Positions 37,490-47,620 of a stretch of DNA of 64,000 nucleotides are shown in pieces. The notes beneath the pieces are model-generated. The model searched no databases, was not told where the DNA came from, and saw nothing but the letters and a program-made list of their open reading frames with translations. The translations under genes and the position numbers were made by a program. The DNA is from an uncultured Candidatus Rokubacteria bacterium (GTDB taxonomy: Bacteria; Methylomirabilota; Methylomirabilia; Rokubacteriales; DASRDR01), in the NCBI GenBank assembly GCA_963708025.1, contig CAVPSB010000014.1, positions 64,001 through 128,000 on the forward strand. The letters are read 5' to 3'. Position 1 is the stretch's first letter, and each line of letters begins with the position of its first letter.

Positions 37490-37658
37490 GTACGAGTTCA
37501 GGTAGAGGAACACGACGGGCAGCACCGTCACGGCCCGAGGCGACCAGCAGCACCACCTGGCGGCCGGCGGCCACCGCCCGAGATCGCGCGGCCTTCGGCC
37601 TGTGGCGGGGCGAGGGGGGGGCCGGAGCCACCGATTGCTTCACGCATGCACTCACCAC
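37490..37658 (-). pseudogene. N-terminal remnant of a second carbohydrate ABC permease (MalG-like)
   Basis: RQVVLLVAS..VTVLPVVFLYLNS (first TM helix) directly after the MalF-like gene, then non-coding hairpin DNA. Confidence 0.55.
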
Positions 37659-37665
37659 CGGGGCC

Positions 37666-38622
37666 TCACGTCAGGTCGCGCTCCCGCCGGCGGAGCGCCC
37701 ACAGGAGCGCTGCCGACAGGACGAGCAGGAGGAGCGACGACGCCACGGCGACGGCCATCGCGTAGCTCATCCGGAAGGACGTGCTGTAGGCCCCGCCCGT
37801 CCCGAAGGCCGACGAGTAGATGACGGTCCCCAGCGTGCTGGTGCGACCGACCGGCGAGCCCGTCGGCCCCGCGAGGACGTAGACGATGTCGAATACCTTG
37901 AACATCCGGATGAACGACAGCATGGTCATCGCGGTGAAGGCTGGGGCGAGCTGGGGGAACACGACGTGCCGGAAGCGGGTCCACCGGCCGGTCCCGTCGA
38001 TCTGGGATGCTTCGAGCAGCTCCCGCGGCACGCCCTGGAGCCCGGCCAGGAAGACCACGATCGGCAGGCCCATCCACTGCCAGGCCTGGACCAGGATCAC
38101 CGTCGGCAGCGCCGTCAGGGGGTCGGCCAGCCAGGGGCGGGCCAGGGCGCCGAGGCCGACGGCGCGGAGGAGCGGGTTCACCAGGCCGAACTGGGCGCTG
38201 AGCATGAGCTGCCAGATGAAGCCGGTGTTGACCAGGGAGAGCGTCACCGGAAGGAAGAGGAGCACCCGGTAGACGGCGTGGAAGCGGGGCCGGGCGTTGA
38301 GCTGGACCGCGAGGAAGAGCCCGACCGTGGACTGGAAGGCCACGATCGCCGCGAAGAACCAGATGGTGTGGGCCAGCGCGCTCCAGAACTCCTCGCCGGC
38401 CAGCATCTCGCGGAAATTCGCCAGCCCGACGAAGTTCCGCTCGTGTCCGATCCCGCTCCAGTCGTACAGGCTCAGCACGAACGCCGAGCCGGCCGGGTAG
38501 AGCACGAACGTCACGTAGAACGCCGCAGCCGGCAGGATGAGCCAGACCGCGGCCCACCGGGTTCGGTCGGGCCAGGCCAGGCGCCAGGCTCCCGCCCCGC
38601 GGACCGCTGCGGCGGTGCCCAC
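37666..38622 (-). CDS. Carbohydrate ABC permease (MalF/UgpA-like)
   Basis: NFVGLANF, WQWMG, FLAGLQGVPRELLEASQIDG. Confidence 0.9.
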   Translation of the reverse strand: MGTAAAVRGAGAWRLAWPDRTRWAAVWLILPAAAFYVTFVLYPAGSAFVLSLYDWSGIGHERNFVGLANFREMLAGEEFWSALAHTIWFFAAIVAFQSTVGLFLAVQLNARPRFHAVYRVLLFLPVTLSLVNTGFIWQLMLSAQFGLVNPLLRAVGLGALARPWLADPLTALPTVILVQAWQWMGLPIVVFLAGLQGVPRELLEASQIDGTGRWTRFRHVVFPQLAPAFTAMTMLSFIRMFKVFDIVYVLAGPTGSPVGRTSTLGTVIYSSAFGTGGAYSTSFRMSYAMAVAVASSLLLLVLSAALLWALRRRERDLT

Positions 38623-38627
38623 GTCGC

Positions 38628-39872
38628 CTACGGGGTGACCAGGGCCGCCTGCGCCCGCTGCCCCAGCTCGGCCGGCTTGAGCTGGTTGAGCAGCACCGCC
38701 TGCATGTTGCGGGTGAGCGCGGTCCAGACCGGGGCGGTGGCGTCCACGTCGCGCCAGGTCGGCACGTCGTGCTTCGCCTCTTGCACCTGCTTGGCCCAGA
38801 TCGGGTTGTTGCCGGGGACCACGCCCTTGACCGTGGGCAGCGTGATGGAGCTGGCGAAGAGCGCGTTCGACTCCGGCGTGGTGAGCCAGTCCACGAACTG
38901 GACGGCCGCGTCCACGTGCTTGCCCTTGGCGTTGACGGTGTAGATCAGCTCGAGCCCGCTCACCGTGGCGGGGACGCCGCTGGTCGCCCCGGGCGGCGGA
39001 AACGCGAAGAAGTCGAGCTTCACGTCCTTGTTCACGGCCACGTAGCCGGCGTAGTCGGCGGTGCCGCCGAGGATCATGGCGGTCGCTCCGCGGGCGAAGG
39101 TCGCCTTGCCCTCGGCGTAGGAGATGGCGGCGAAGCCCTCGGGGTAGTAGGGCACCAGGTCGAGCAGGAGCTGGGCCGCGGCCACCAGATCGGCGTCGGT
39201 CAGCTTGCGCTTCCCGGCCAGCAGGTCCACGAAGCCCACCGGCCCCATGACGCTGGAGGCCGTCAGCATGTAGTAGAAGGCCGGGATGACGCCGTCGCGG
39301 GCCGGCATCATGAGCGGCGTCACTCCCGCCCGCTTGAGCGTCTGGCAGATCGCCTTGAGATCCTCCCACGTCCGCGGCGGCTGGAGCCCGTGCTTGGCGA
39401 AGACGTCGGTGTGGTAGTAGACGCCGACCGTGTACTTGCCGAAGGGCGTGCCGAGCACCTTGCCGTCGCGGACCACCCGCTGCTGGACGATGTCGAGCAG
39501 GCGGTCGGCGTGGACCTTGCCGGTCAGGTCCACGATGTAGCCGCTCTTGAAGAACTGGGAGACGAGCGGGCCCGGCGGGATCCCGGGCAGATCAGGGCCC
39601 TCACCGGCTTGCATCGTCGTGGACAGGATCTGAAGGTACTCGGGCCCCGGCTTGGGCTCGAGGGCGACCTTGATCCCGCTGCTCTGCTCGAAGACGTCGA
39701 GGTTCCGGCGGAGCGCGTCCTTCCACTCCGGATGATTGGACCAGAGGCGCAGCGAGGCCCCGCTGCCCGGGCGAGCCTGGGCGGCGGCCGGCCGGGGTCG
39801 TGCGGCCAGGGCCAGGGCGCCGGCCGTGGCCAGCCGGAGGATGTGGCGGCGGTTCATCGTCGTCGTGAGCAT
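38628..39872 (-). CDS. Carbohydrate ABC substrate-binding protein (SBP_bac_1), Tat signal
   Basis: MNRRHIL, GEGPDL, YHTDVFAKHGLQPPRTWEDL. Confidence 0.88.
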   Translation of the reverse strand: MLTTTMNRRHILRLATAGALALAARPRPAAAQARPGSGASLRLWSNHPEWKDALRRNLDVFEQSSGIKVALEPKPGPEYLQILSTTMQAGEGPDLPGIPPGPLVSQFFKSGYIVDLTGKVHADRLLDIVQQRVVRDGKVLGTPFGKYTVGVYYHTDVFAKHGLQPPRTWEDLKAICQTLKRAGVTPLMMPARDGVIPAFYYMLTASSVMGPVGFVDLLAGKRKLTDADLVAAAQLLLDLVPYYPEGFAAISYAEGKATFARGATAMILGGTADYAGYVAVNKDVKLDFFAFPPPGATSGVPATVSGLELIYTVNAKGKHVDAAVQFVDWLTTPESNALFASSITLPTVKGVVPGNNPIWAKQVQEAKHDVPTWRDVDATAPVWTALTRNMQAVLLNQLKPAELGQRAQAALVTP

Positions 39873-40138
39873 CGTTCCTCCCTCATCGTCGCGGGAACTG
39901 GGCTCAGCACGTGGACCGTGCGGAAAACCCGTTGGCCTCGCCGGCTGCGGCGGATGGCGCCGGCGCCGCCGGTGACAGGCGCGCCGTGTACCGTGGCCCC
40001 ACCGGCCAGGAACTGTCAAGAGCGTCAGCCCGGTCTCGGCTCGCCCCGGACGGGCACAAGTGCCTGGGAGGGCGTGCGTGCGCCCCGTGGGCCCCGGATG
40101 ACGCTCGCTCGTCGGCCCCGCCGGCGCGGGCCTTCGAC

Positions 40139-41359
40139 TCAGCCGCGGGCGAACTCTTCCTTGGCCGCCTTGACCTTCGCCGGGTCGGCCAGGAGGTCGT
40201 AGGTGGTCATCGCCATCGTCTTGGCGGCGGCGAGCATCGCGGTCCAGGCCATCGGCTGGACGGCGGCCGCGGCGAACTCCCGGGTGTGGATCGCCATCCC
40301 GGTGGGGGCGATGCCGATCATGGGCTGGATGGCCGGGATCACCTGGCTGACGTTGCCGATGTCGGAGGAGCCCAGGCGGTCGGGGATGGCCTGGCCCTCG
40401 GCGAGGCCGACCTGCCGCATGTTGGCGTCGAACAGGTCGAGGAGCGTCTGGTTGCGCTTGAGCGGCTCGTAGACGTTGTCGGCCTGGTCGACCTTGAGGG
40501 TCGCGCCGGTGGCGCGGGCGGCCGCCTCGGCGCAGGCGACCACGCGCCTGGAGAGGTCCCACATCGTGTCGATGCGGGGCGCCCGGACGTAGAAGCTGGC
40601 CGCCGCGTACTCCGGGATGATGTTGGGGGCGGCGCCGCCGCTGGTGATGATCCCGTGGATCCGGCAGTCGGGCCGGACCTGCTGCCGGAGCATGCTCACC
40701 GCGGTGTAGGTCTGGACGCACGCGTCGAGCGCGTTGATCCCCGCCCACGGGTCGGCCGAGGCGTGGGCGGCCTTGCCGGTGAACTCGAAGGTGATCCGGA
40801 CGATCCCGAGGAGGTCCTGGTGGAGGAGCGTCCGGTCGAAGCCGTGGATCATCATGGCGCAGTCCACGTCCCGGAAGATGCCGGCCCGGATGAGCTTCAC
40901 CTTGCCGCCGCCGCCCTCCTCGGCCGGGGTGCCGACCACGAGGATGCGGCCGCGGGGCAGGCGGGCCTTCACCGCCGCCAGCGCCGCTCCCGCGCCGGCG
41001 CCGGCGCCGGCGATGACGTTGTGGCCGCAGGCGTGGCCGATGCCGGGGAGGGCGTCGTACTCGCACAGGATGGCGATGGTCGGGCCGTCGCCCGTCTCCA
41101 GACTCGCGCGGAACGCCGTCTCCACGCCGCCGGCCCCGCGCTCGACCTTGAAGCCGTGGCGCTCGAGGAACTCGCCCAACCAGGCGCTGGCCTTCGTCTC
41201 CTGGTAGCCCAGTTCGGGGTGGTCGTGGATCGCGCGCGACAGTGTCTCCAGCTCGCCGGCCAGCCCGTCCACGGCCGCGCCGATCGCGTCTTTCGTCTGG
41301 TCGTCCCGCCTTCGGCCTTCGGCCTTCGGGACGGCACTTCCTTCTGGGTCAGCACTCAT
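40139..41359 (-). CDS. M20 family amidohydrolase (AbgB/PM20D2-like)
   Basis: HPELGYQE, CEYDALP, HACGHN, GTPAEEGGGGK, GSSDIGNVS. Confidence 0.93.
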   Translation of the reverse strand: MSADPEGSAVPKAEGRRRDDQTKDAIGAAVDGLAGELETLSRAIHDHPELGYQETKASAWLGEFLERHGFKVERGAGGVETAFRASLETGDGPTIAILCEYDALPGIGHACGHNVIAGAGAGAGAALAAVKARLPRGRILVVGTPAEEGGGGKVKLIRAGIFRDVDCAMMIHGFDRTLLHQDLLGIVRITFEFTGKAAHASADPWAGINALDACVQTYTAVSMLRQQVRPDCRIHGIITSGGAAPNIIPEYAAASFYVRAPRIDTMWDLSRRVVACAEAAARATGATLKVDQADNVYEPLKRNQTLLDLFDANMRQVGLAEGQAIPDRLGSSDIGNVSQVIPAIQPMIGIAPTGMAIHTREFAAAAVQPMAWTAMLAAAKTMAMTTYDLLADPAKVKAAKEEFARG

Positions 41360-41577
41360 GGAGGCCTCCTCGGGGTCGCGTTGGAGTGTCGGACCAGGGC
41401 CGGGGCGAGACTATCACGACCCGGCGAGCCGCTCAACGACGCTTGACCGGAAGGGTTAGCCCTAAACGGCGAATACAGCACCTTCATCAGCGGTCCGAGA
41501 GCCGCTACGGGGATGAGCGAGCGAGCCGAGCGCGGTACGAACTCACTCCAGGGCGAGGACGGGGTGACGGCACGGCG

Positions 41578-41682
41578 CCTCTCCGCTCCCTCTCCCTTCC
41601 AGGGAGAGGGTCGGGGTGAGGGTCGATCGGGGGGCATGACTTCCCCCTCACCCTCACCCTCTCCCCCAAAGGGGGAGAGGGA
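41578..41682. repeat. Inverted pair of family B (BoxC-like) repeats
   Basis: 41578-41626 (+) and CCCCCTCACCCTCACCCTCTCCCCCAAAGGGGGAGAGGGA at 41643-41682 (opposite orientation). Confidence 0.88.
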
Positions 41683-41759
41683 AAAGAGGGTGCAACCCGA
41701 GCCGGATGGTCGCCGATTTGGGGTTTGGTGAGCAGCGATGGGCCGCCCGCGGGCCCGCC

Positions 41760-41918
41760 CTACTTGAGGAGCTGGGAGAGCGCGAAGTCCGGGGCGCGGA
41801 CCGGGCCGAGGCCGGCCGGACGCGACGCCACCGCGCTCTGCCCCAGCCACTGACCCACCTGGCTGACGGCGATCGCGATGGCCAGCGCGAGCAGCACTTT
41901 CCACACGCTCATGCCCAT
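41760..41918 (-). CDS. Small hypothetical secreted or membrane peptide (52 aa)
   Basis: MGMSVWKVLLALAIAIAV hydrophobic N-terminus; GGAG upstream. Confidence 0.35.
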   Translation of the reverse strand: MGMSVWKVLLALAIAIAVSQVGQWLGQSAVASRPAGLGPVRAPDFALSQLLK

Positions 41919-42080
41919 CTCCGGCGGAACCCGTAGCAAGTCGCGGGCCACGGAGGCCTCGCCGGTTGCCGCGCCCGATGCGGCGTCGGAGTGGGAGCGA
42001 GTGCCGGCTGCCGATTCTCGAACAGTCGGCTGTCGATTTCCGTGCAGTGTGTCCGGGGATCGACAGCCGGGCGCCAGGCC

Positions 42081-43136
42081 TCACCCCCCGTCGCCGACGG
42101 CCCGGACCAGCTCCTCGTAGGCCACCCGCAGCACGATGGCGTAGATCGAGTAGATCGGGAGGGCCAGGATCATCCCCATCAGGCCGAACAGCTTGAAGGC
42201 CACCAACGGCAGGACGACCCCCAGCAGGGCGTCCAGCCGCAGGCGGCCGGAGATCATGAACGGCTCCAGGTAGTAGGTGTCGACGAGCTGCGCGATCGCG
42301 ATCGTGACGATGACGTAGAGGGCGACCACCGGGGCGTCGAGGAGGAGCGTGATGGCCAGCGGGGGTACCGCGGCGAGGACCGGCCCGATGAACGGGACGA
42401 TGTTGAGCGCCCCGGCGAGGACGCCGAAGACGAGCCAGCCCTTGACCCCGGCCAGGTAGAAGCCCAGACAGCACATGCTGCCCACCATCGTGCTCTCGAC
42501 GATGCGGGCGGCCAGGTACTCGGTCGTGCGGCTCGTTACCTCCCGCACCAGCCGGCTCACCCCGGCCCGGAACCGGCGCGGGGTGATGGCCAGAAGCCGC
42601 CGCAGCGTCTGCTCCCGGCGCCGGAAGTAGAGCACAGTCTGGAGGGGGATGAGGAGGATCCCGAGGGCGAGGACGGTGAGCAGGTCGCGGGCGAAGTCCG
42701 CGGCGAGGGCGACGACGGATTCGACCAGCCGGGTGACCAGGTCCTCGGGCAGCACGGTCTGGGCGACGAGGCGCGGGACGTACGGCTCGATCTTCTCGGC
42801 GTAGGCCGCCCGGAGCGACGGCTTCTCGGCGGCCAGGTGCTGGAGCGCCCCGCCGAGGTCGGTGATCGAGTCCTGGACCAGGAACAGCGCGGCGCCCAGC
42901 CAGAAGCCGGCCGTGACCGGACCGTACAGCGCCAGCATCCACGTCGAGAGCTTGAGGCTGGCCACTCGCCGGCGATAGTCGACGATGAGCCGCTCGGTGA
43001 TGACGATCAGCACGTGCCCGATGACGAGGGTCAGGAACATCTCCCGGAAGTAGAAGCAGAGCCCGACGACGGTGGTCAGCGCCAGGAAGAGGACGACGAG
43101 CACCTTCCAGACGGTGGGATGGGACGAGAGGGGCAT
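42081..43136 (-). CDS. AI-2E family transporter
   Basis: LNIVPFIGP, AQLVDTYYLEP; multi-TM. Confidence 0.88.
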   Translation of the reverse strand: MPLSSHPTVWKVLVVLFLALTTVVGLCFYFREMFLTLVIGHVLIVITERLIVDYRRRVASLKLSTWMLALYGPVTAGFWLGAALFLVQDSITDLGGALQHLAAEKPSLRAAYAEKIEPYVPRLVAQTVLPEDLVTRLVESVVALAADFARDLLTVLALGILLIPLQTVLYFRRREQTLRRLLAITPRRFRAGVSRLVREVTSRTTEYLAARIVESTMVGSMCCLGFYLAGVKGWLVFGVLAGALNIVPFIGPVLAAVPPLAITLLLDAPVVALYVIVTIAIAQLVDTYYLEPFMISGRLRLDALLGVVLPLVAFKLFGLMGMILALPIYSIYAIVLRVAYEELVRAVGDGG

Positions 43137-43148
43137 GCCGGCGTCGGG

Positions 43149-43660
43149 TCAGGTCCGGGCCGGCTCGAAGCCGAGGCGGTACACGCCGGCCATGACCGTG
43201 ACCGACATCACCCCGATCACCGTCTCGTAGAGGATGCCGGTCCAGAGGGCCGGCCCCGCCAGCGCGGTCGCCGGCATCAGACGGAAGAGCGCGAAGAAGG
43301 CCAGGTTCAGGACGTGGCCGAGCAGGAGCGCCAGGGCCGCGATCGGCGCCGGGGCCCGGCCGCGAAGCCAGCCGGCGACGAAGCCCATGACGCCGTGCGG
43401 CAGGATCGCCAGCCGCTCGAACGGCGGACCCCGCCGGGGAGAGGGCGTTCAGCGCCGTTCCCAGGACGCCGGCCAGGAAGCCGGTGGGTCGGCCCGAACA
43501 GGATGCCGGCCAGCACGGGCACCACCATGTTGACCGCGACGATCGCCCCCGGGATGAACGGGTTCGGCCGGATGGACCGCGCGTTCCCCAGGAGGACGTA
43601 CAGGGCGACGCAGGCGGCGACCCGGAAGAGCAGGATCCGCCCGACCCGACCGAGCGTCAT
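43149..43660 (-). CDS. ECF transporter S-component-like membrane protein; frameshifts near 43420-43490
   Basis: VPVLAGILFGP..GFLAG and PHGVMGFVAGW across ORFs 43307-43660 and 43149-43388. Confidence 0.6.
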
Positions 43661-43663
43661 GCC

Positions 43664-46078
43664 TCAGGTGCCGGGAGGGGCGGGCCGCAGCCGGATGTCC
43701 TGCTGCGGGACCGGGATCTCGATCTTGGCCGCGGCGAGCGCCGCGTGGAGGGCCAGGCCGAGCTCGCTGCGGGTCTGCAGCCACAGGTCGAACTGGTCCG
43801 TCCAGACGCGCAGCTCGAAGTGCAGCGCGTAGTCGCCGAAGCGGATGAACAGCGCGATCGGCTCGGGCTCGCGGAGCACCAGGGGATGGCTGCGGGCGAC
43901 GTCCCGGAGGATCTCGAGCACCTGGGCCGGATCGGAGCCGTAGGTCACCAGCACCGACAGGTCGATTCGCCGCATCCGATCCGAGAGGGTCCAGTTCGTG
44001 AGCCGCTCGGACACCAGGGTGCCGTTCGGCACGATCACCTCGGCCCCCTCCCAGGTGCGGAGCGTGCTCGCTCGGATCCCGATCCGCCGCACCTCGCCGC
44101 TCACGTCCCCGAGCTGGACGGCGTCGCCCACGTTGATCGGCCGCTCGACGAGCAGGATCAGTCCCGAGACGAAGTTGTTCACCACGTTCTGGAGCCCGAA
44201 GCCGATGCCGACGCCGAAGGCGCCGGCCAGGATCGTGACCCGGTTGAGGTCGAAGCCGAGGGCGGCCACCGCCAGCGCGAAGCCGGCGAAGAGGATGGCG
44301 TAGTGGAGCAGGCTCGACACGGTGTTGGGCAGGCCGCGGGTGAGCTGGCCCCGCGGATAGACGTCCTCCTCCAGCACGAAGCGGACGAGCGCCGAGAGGA
44401 GGAACGCCGAGCAGACGGTGAGCCCGAACTCGACCGACGTCGCCCAGGGTCACCGTGAGGTGGCCGGGGATCAGGTCGGTGGCCAGCGCCGCCCGCGCCG
44501 TCGCCACCGCCGGCTCCAGGAGCGCGAACTGGTCGAGGGTGATCACCGGCCAGATGCCGACCGCCAGCCAGCGCAGGGCGGTGGTCACCCGCCGCTGGAG
44601 CAGGGGGCGGTGGCGCTGGACCAGGTTGAGCCAGACCAGGGGACGGACGCGGAGGGCGCACGCGACCAGCCCCTCGAGGACGCGAACGCTCGCGTAGAGC
44701 ACGAGGGCGAGGTAGCTGCTGCCGAGGACCCCGATCCCGAGCAGGCGGGCCAGTCCCATGTACCCGACGGCGCCGGCGAGGAACGCCGTCACCAGCACGA
44801 CGAGCACCACCCGGAAGGCGCCGCGCACCAGCGCCCGGGCGCCGCCCTGGCCCGGGGCGGCGTCGCGGGCGGCCGGGCGCGTGGTGGCGAGCAGCCAGGC
44901 GACGAGGACGACGCCGACGAGCATCTCCAGGAGGAAGAGCACCTGCTCGAGGAGCGGGAGGACCGCCGCCAGGTTCCGGAGGCGGTCGATCAGGAAGAAC
45001 CCGCCCAGCGCGTACAGTCCCGGGACGACGGGCGGATCGAGGAGCGGCCGCATGATCCGGAGCACCGGGACCAGCATCAGCGCGCCGACGAGGTCCCGCA
45101 GGACGCGGGGCTCCTGCGGGTAGAGGTAGGGGACGATCAGCAGGCTCAGGACCAGCGCCGACGAGATCGGCCGCGCCACGACCAGGGCGGCCGCCTCGAC
45201 GCCGGGGTCTGCCTCGACCCAGCGGCGCGCCCGGGCGCGCAGGGAGTAGAGGAGCCAGGCGAAGCCCAGGAAGAGCACCGCGTGGAGCGGGAGCTTGTGC
45301 CGGTGCGCGGCCATGAATCCGCTCAGCAGCGCCCACTCGACCCGGGCCGACTCGCGGATGTGAGCGGGCAGCTCGCGCCACGCCCGGGTCCTGAGCTCCG
45401 AGCTCCAGATGGGCACGCTGTCCCGCGCCCGGAGCTGGCCGACCGCCCGGCTCCGGGCCTGGCCGAGCTGGGCCAGGGTCTCCTCGCACAGCGCCAGCTC
45501 CTGGGCGGCCCGGGCCTGGATGCCGAGGATCGAGGCCCGCTGCGCCTCGAGCTTCGCGCGGGTCTCGGCGATGGCCCTGAGAATGGCGTCGATCCGCTCC
45601 GTCACGGGCTGGGGGGCCATCGACGCCCCGGCCGCGTCGCGCGAGCGGACCCAGACCTCGCGCAGGCCGGTGAGGCCGAGTCAGCTCCTGCTCGATCTGG
45701 CTCGCGCGCCGGGTGAGCCGCTCGTTCCACCCGACCAGGTCGAGCCGCGCGGCCTGCCATTCCTCCGCCAGGTCGTCGAGCACCATCAGCGGCGGCGACC
45801 CCTGCATCGCCTGCGCCGTCCGCTCCACCCGGAGCCGGAGGCGCTGGCCGGTGGCCTCGAGCTGCCGCTCGATCGCCTCGATCTCGGGGGACGGGACCAT
45901 GCAGCCGGTCGAGCGACCGAAGGAGCGCCGTCACCTCCTCGGCCCGCCCGGCGACCTCGGGGACCGGGATGGCGGTGACCGCCGGCTCGGGCGTCGGCTT
46001 CTCCTGCGCCGGGGTCGCGGTGGCGAGCAGCGCGAGCGCCAGGCCGACCAGCGCCCGGACGGGCGCGCGGCGTCCCAT
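43664..46078 (-). CDS. Large MscS-family mechanosensitive channel (MscK/KefA-like); several frameshifts
   Basis: C-terminal GIGFGLQNVVNNFVSGLILLVERP and IVPN...TNWT; coiled N-terminal domain, signal peptide and TM block in adjacent frames. Confidence 0.85.
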
Positions 46079-47545
46079 CAGATCGGGTCCAGCGGGAAGA
46101 TGGGCCGCCGCACCTTCTTGAACTCGAAGCGCGAGAGGTTCGAGGACGACAGCCCGGGGGCGTCCACCTCGAGGATCGCGTGGGCGATCGGCTCGAAGGC
46201 CGCCCGGTAGTGGATCGTGGACTTGAGGACCAGGAGCTTCTCGGCGAGGGGATCGATCCCCACGAACCGGAGCATCTCGGGATCGAGCGTCTGCCAGCGG
46301 AGCGAGATCAGGATGATCTTGATCCCGCCCGCGTCGAGCACCGCGGTGAGGCCGAGCCGGCCCTCGACGCCCCGGAGCATCGGCCCCTTGTGCACGAACC
46401 GCCCGTCGGCGAGCGCGCGGACGCGCCCGGTCACCTCCACCGGCGCCCCGTGGCGGTCGTCCACCTTGCCGCCGATCGGCAGCGTGACCGTGACGCCGAC
46501 CCCGGCCTTCGCGCAGGCCGCGGCGGCCGCGGGGTCCCAGATGCAGGCGACCACGGCCGAGGGCGCCCGGACCCGGAGCAGCTCCCGCAGGATCTCCGTC
46601 CCGTCCCCGGCGGCGCCGCCCCCGGTGTTGTCCGCCATGTCGGCGAGGACGACCGGCCGGCCCTCGAGCGCCTGGGCCCGGGCGACCGCCTCGGCGACCG
46701 GCAGCCCCTGGTGGGCGAACTCGTGCCGGTGCTCCCAGGCGACGGCCTCCAGCCGGTCGGCCAGCCGCTCGGCCAGCGGGGCGTCGTCGTGGGTCGCCAC
46801 GTAGATGCTGAGCCCGGCGTCGGCGATGTCGGCCAGCGGGAAGCCGGCGAAGATCGAGATGGAGGCGACCCCCGGGTCCCCGGCCATCTCGCCGGCCAGG
46901 TCGTAGAGCCGGCGCATCGGACCGACCGCGGTCCGCTGGCTGCCGATCGGCGGCAGCAGCCGGGGCTGGCGGAAGGGCCACGGTGGGCCGGAGCCGGCCG
47001 GCGACGACGTCGATCAGCCGCTCGGTCGCCTCGACGCCCCGCTCCGCCATGTCCACGTGCGGGTAGGTCTTGTAGCCGTGGAGGAGCGTGGCGTGCCGGG
47101 CCATGGCGGGGGTGACGTTACCGTGGAAGTCGAGCGTGACCGCGATCGGGAGGTCGGGTCCGACGGCGCGACGGACGGCGGCCAGCAGCTCGCCCTCGCC
47201 GTCGTCCGCGGTCTCCGCCACCATCGCCCCGTGGAGGTCGAGGAGGATGCCGTCGACGGGGCCGGCCGCCGCCAGGTCGGCGAGGAGGCGGTCGCGGACG
47301 TGACGGTAGACGTCGCCGGTGACGGGACCGGCCGGCGACGCGGCGGCGGCGACGGAGGGCAGGAGCGCGACCCCGTGGCGCTCGGCGGCTGCCAGCATGC
47401 CACCCAGGCAGGTGCCGGTGCCGCGGTAGACCTCGAGGATCTCGCCGCCGTAGCGCAGGTCCCGCGCCTCGAACTGGCGGCGGTCGGTCGGGATGTTGCT
47501 GAACGTGTTCGTCTCGTGGGCGAACATCGCGAGGAAGAAGCGCAT
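46078..47545 (-). CDS. MlrC-like M81 family metallopeptidase; frameshift near 46975
   Basis: HETNTFS, LDLHGAM, LDFHGN, YKTYPHVD, DNTGGG, KSTIHYRA. Confidence 0.9.
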
Positions 47546-47620
47546 GCCACAGGCCTCCCGTTCACTCGACGGTCCTCAGTGTAGTGCGGCCGGTCCGGCG
47601 TGTAAAATACCCCGACGCTC

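Noticed and set aside
39880-40135. Riboswitch or ncRNA upstream of the sugar SBP
   Set aside because: It is GC-rich with possible stems and a minus-strand TTGACA near 40014, but I see no recognisable riboswitch consensus. An Rfam scan would be needed.
46078-47545. Microcystin degradation (mlr) cluster
   Set aside because: Only MlrC-family homologues are present, with no mlrA, mlrB or mlrD. The M81 family is widespread.
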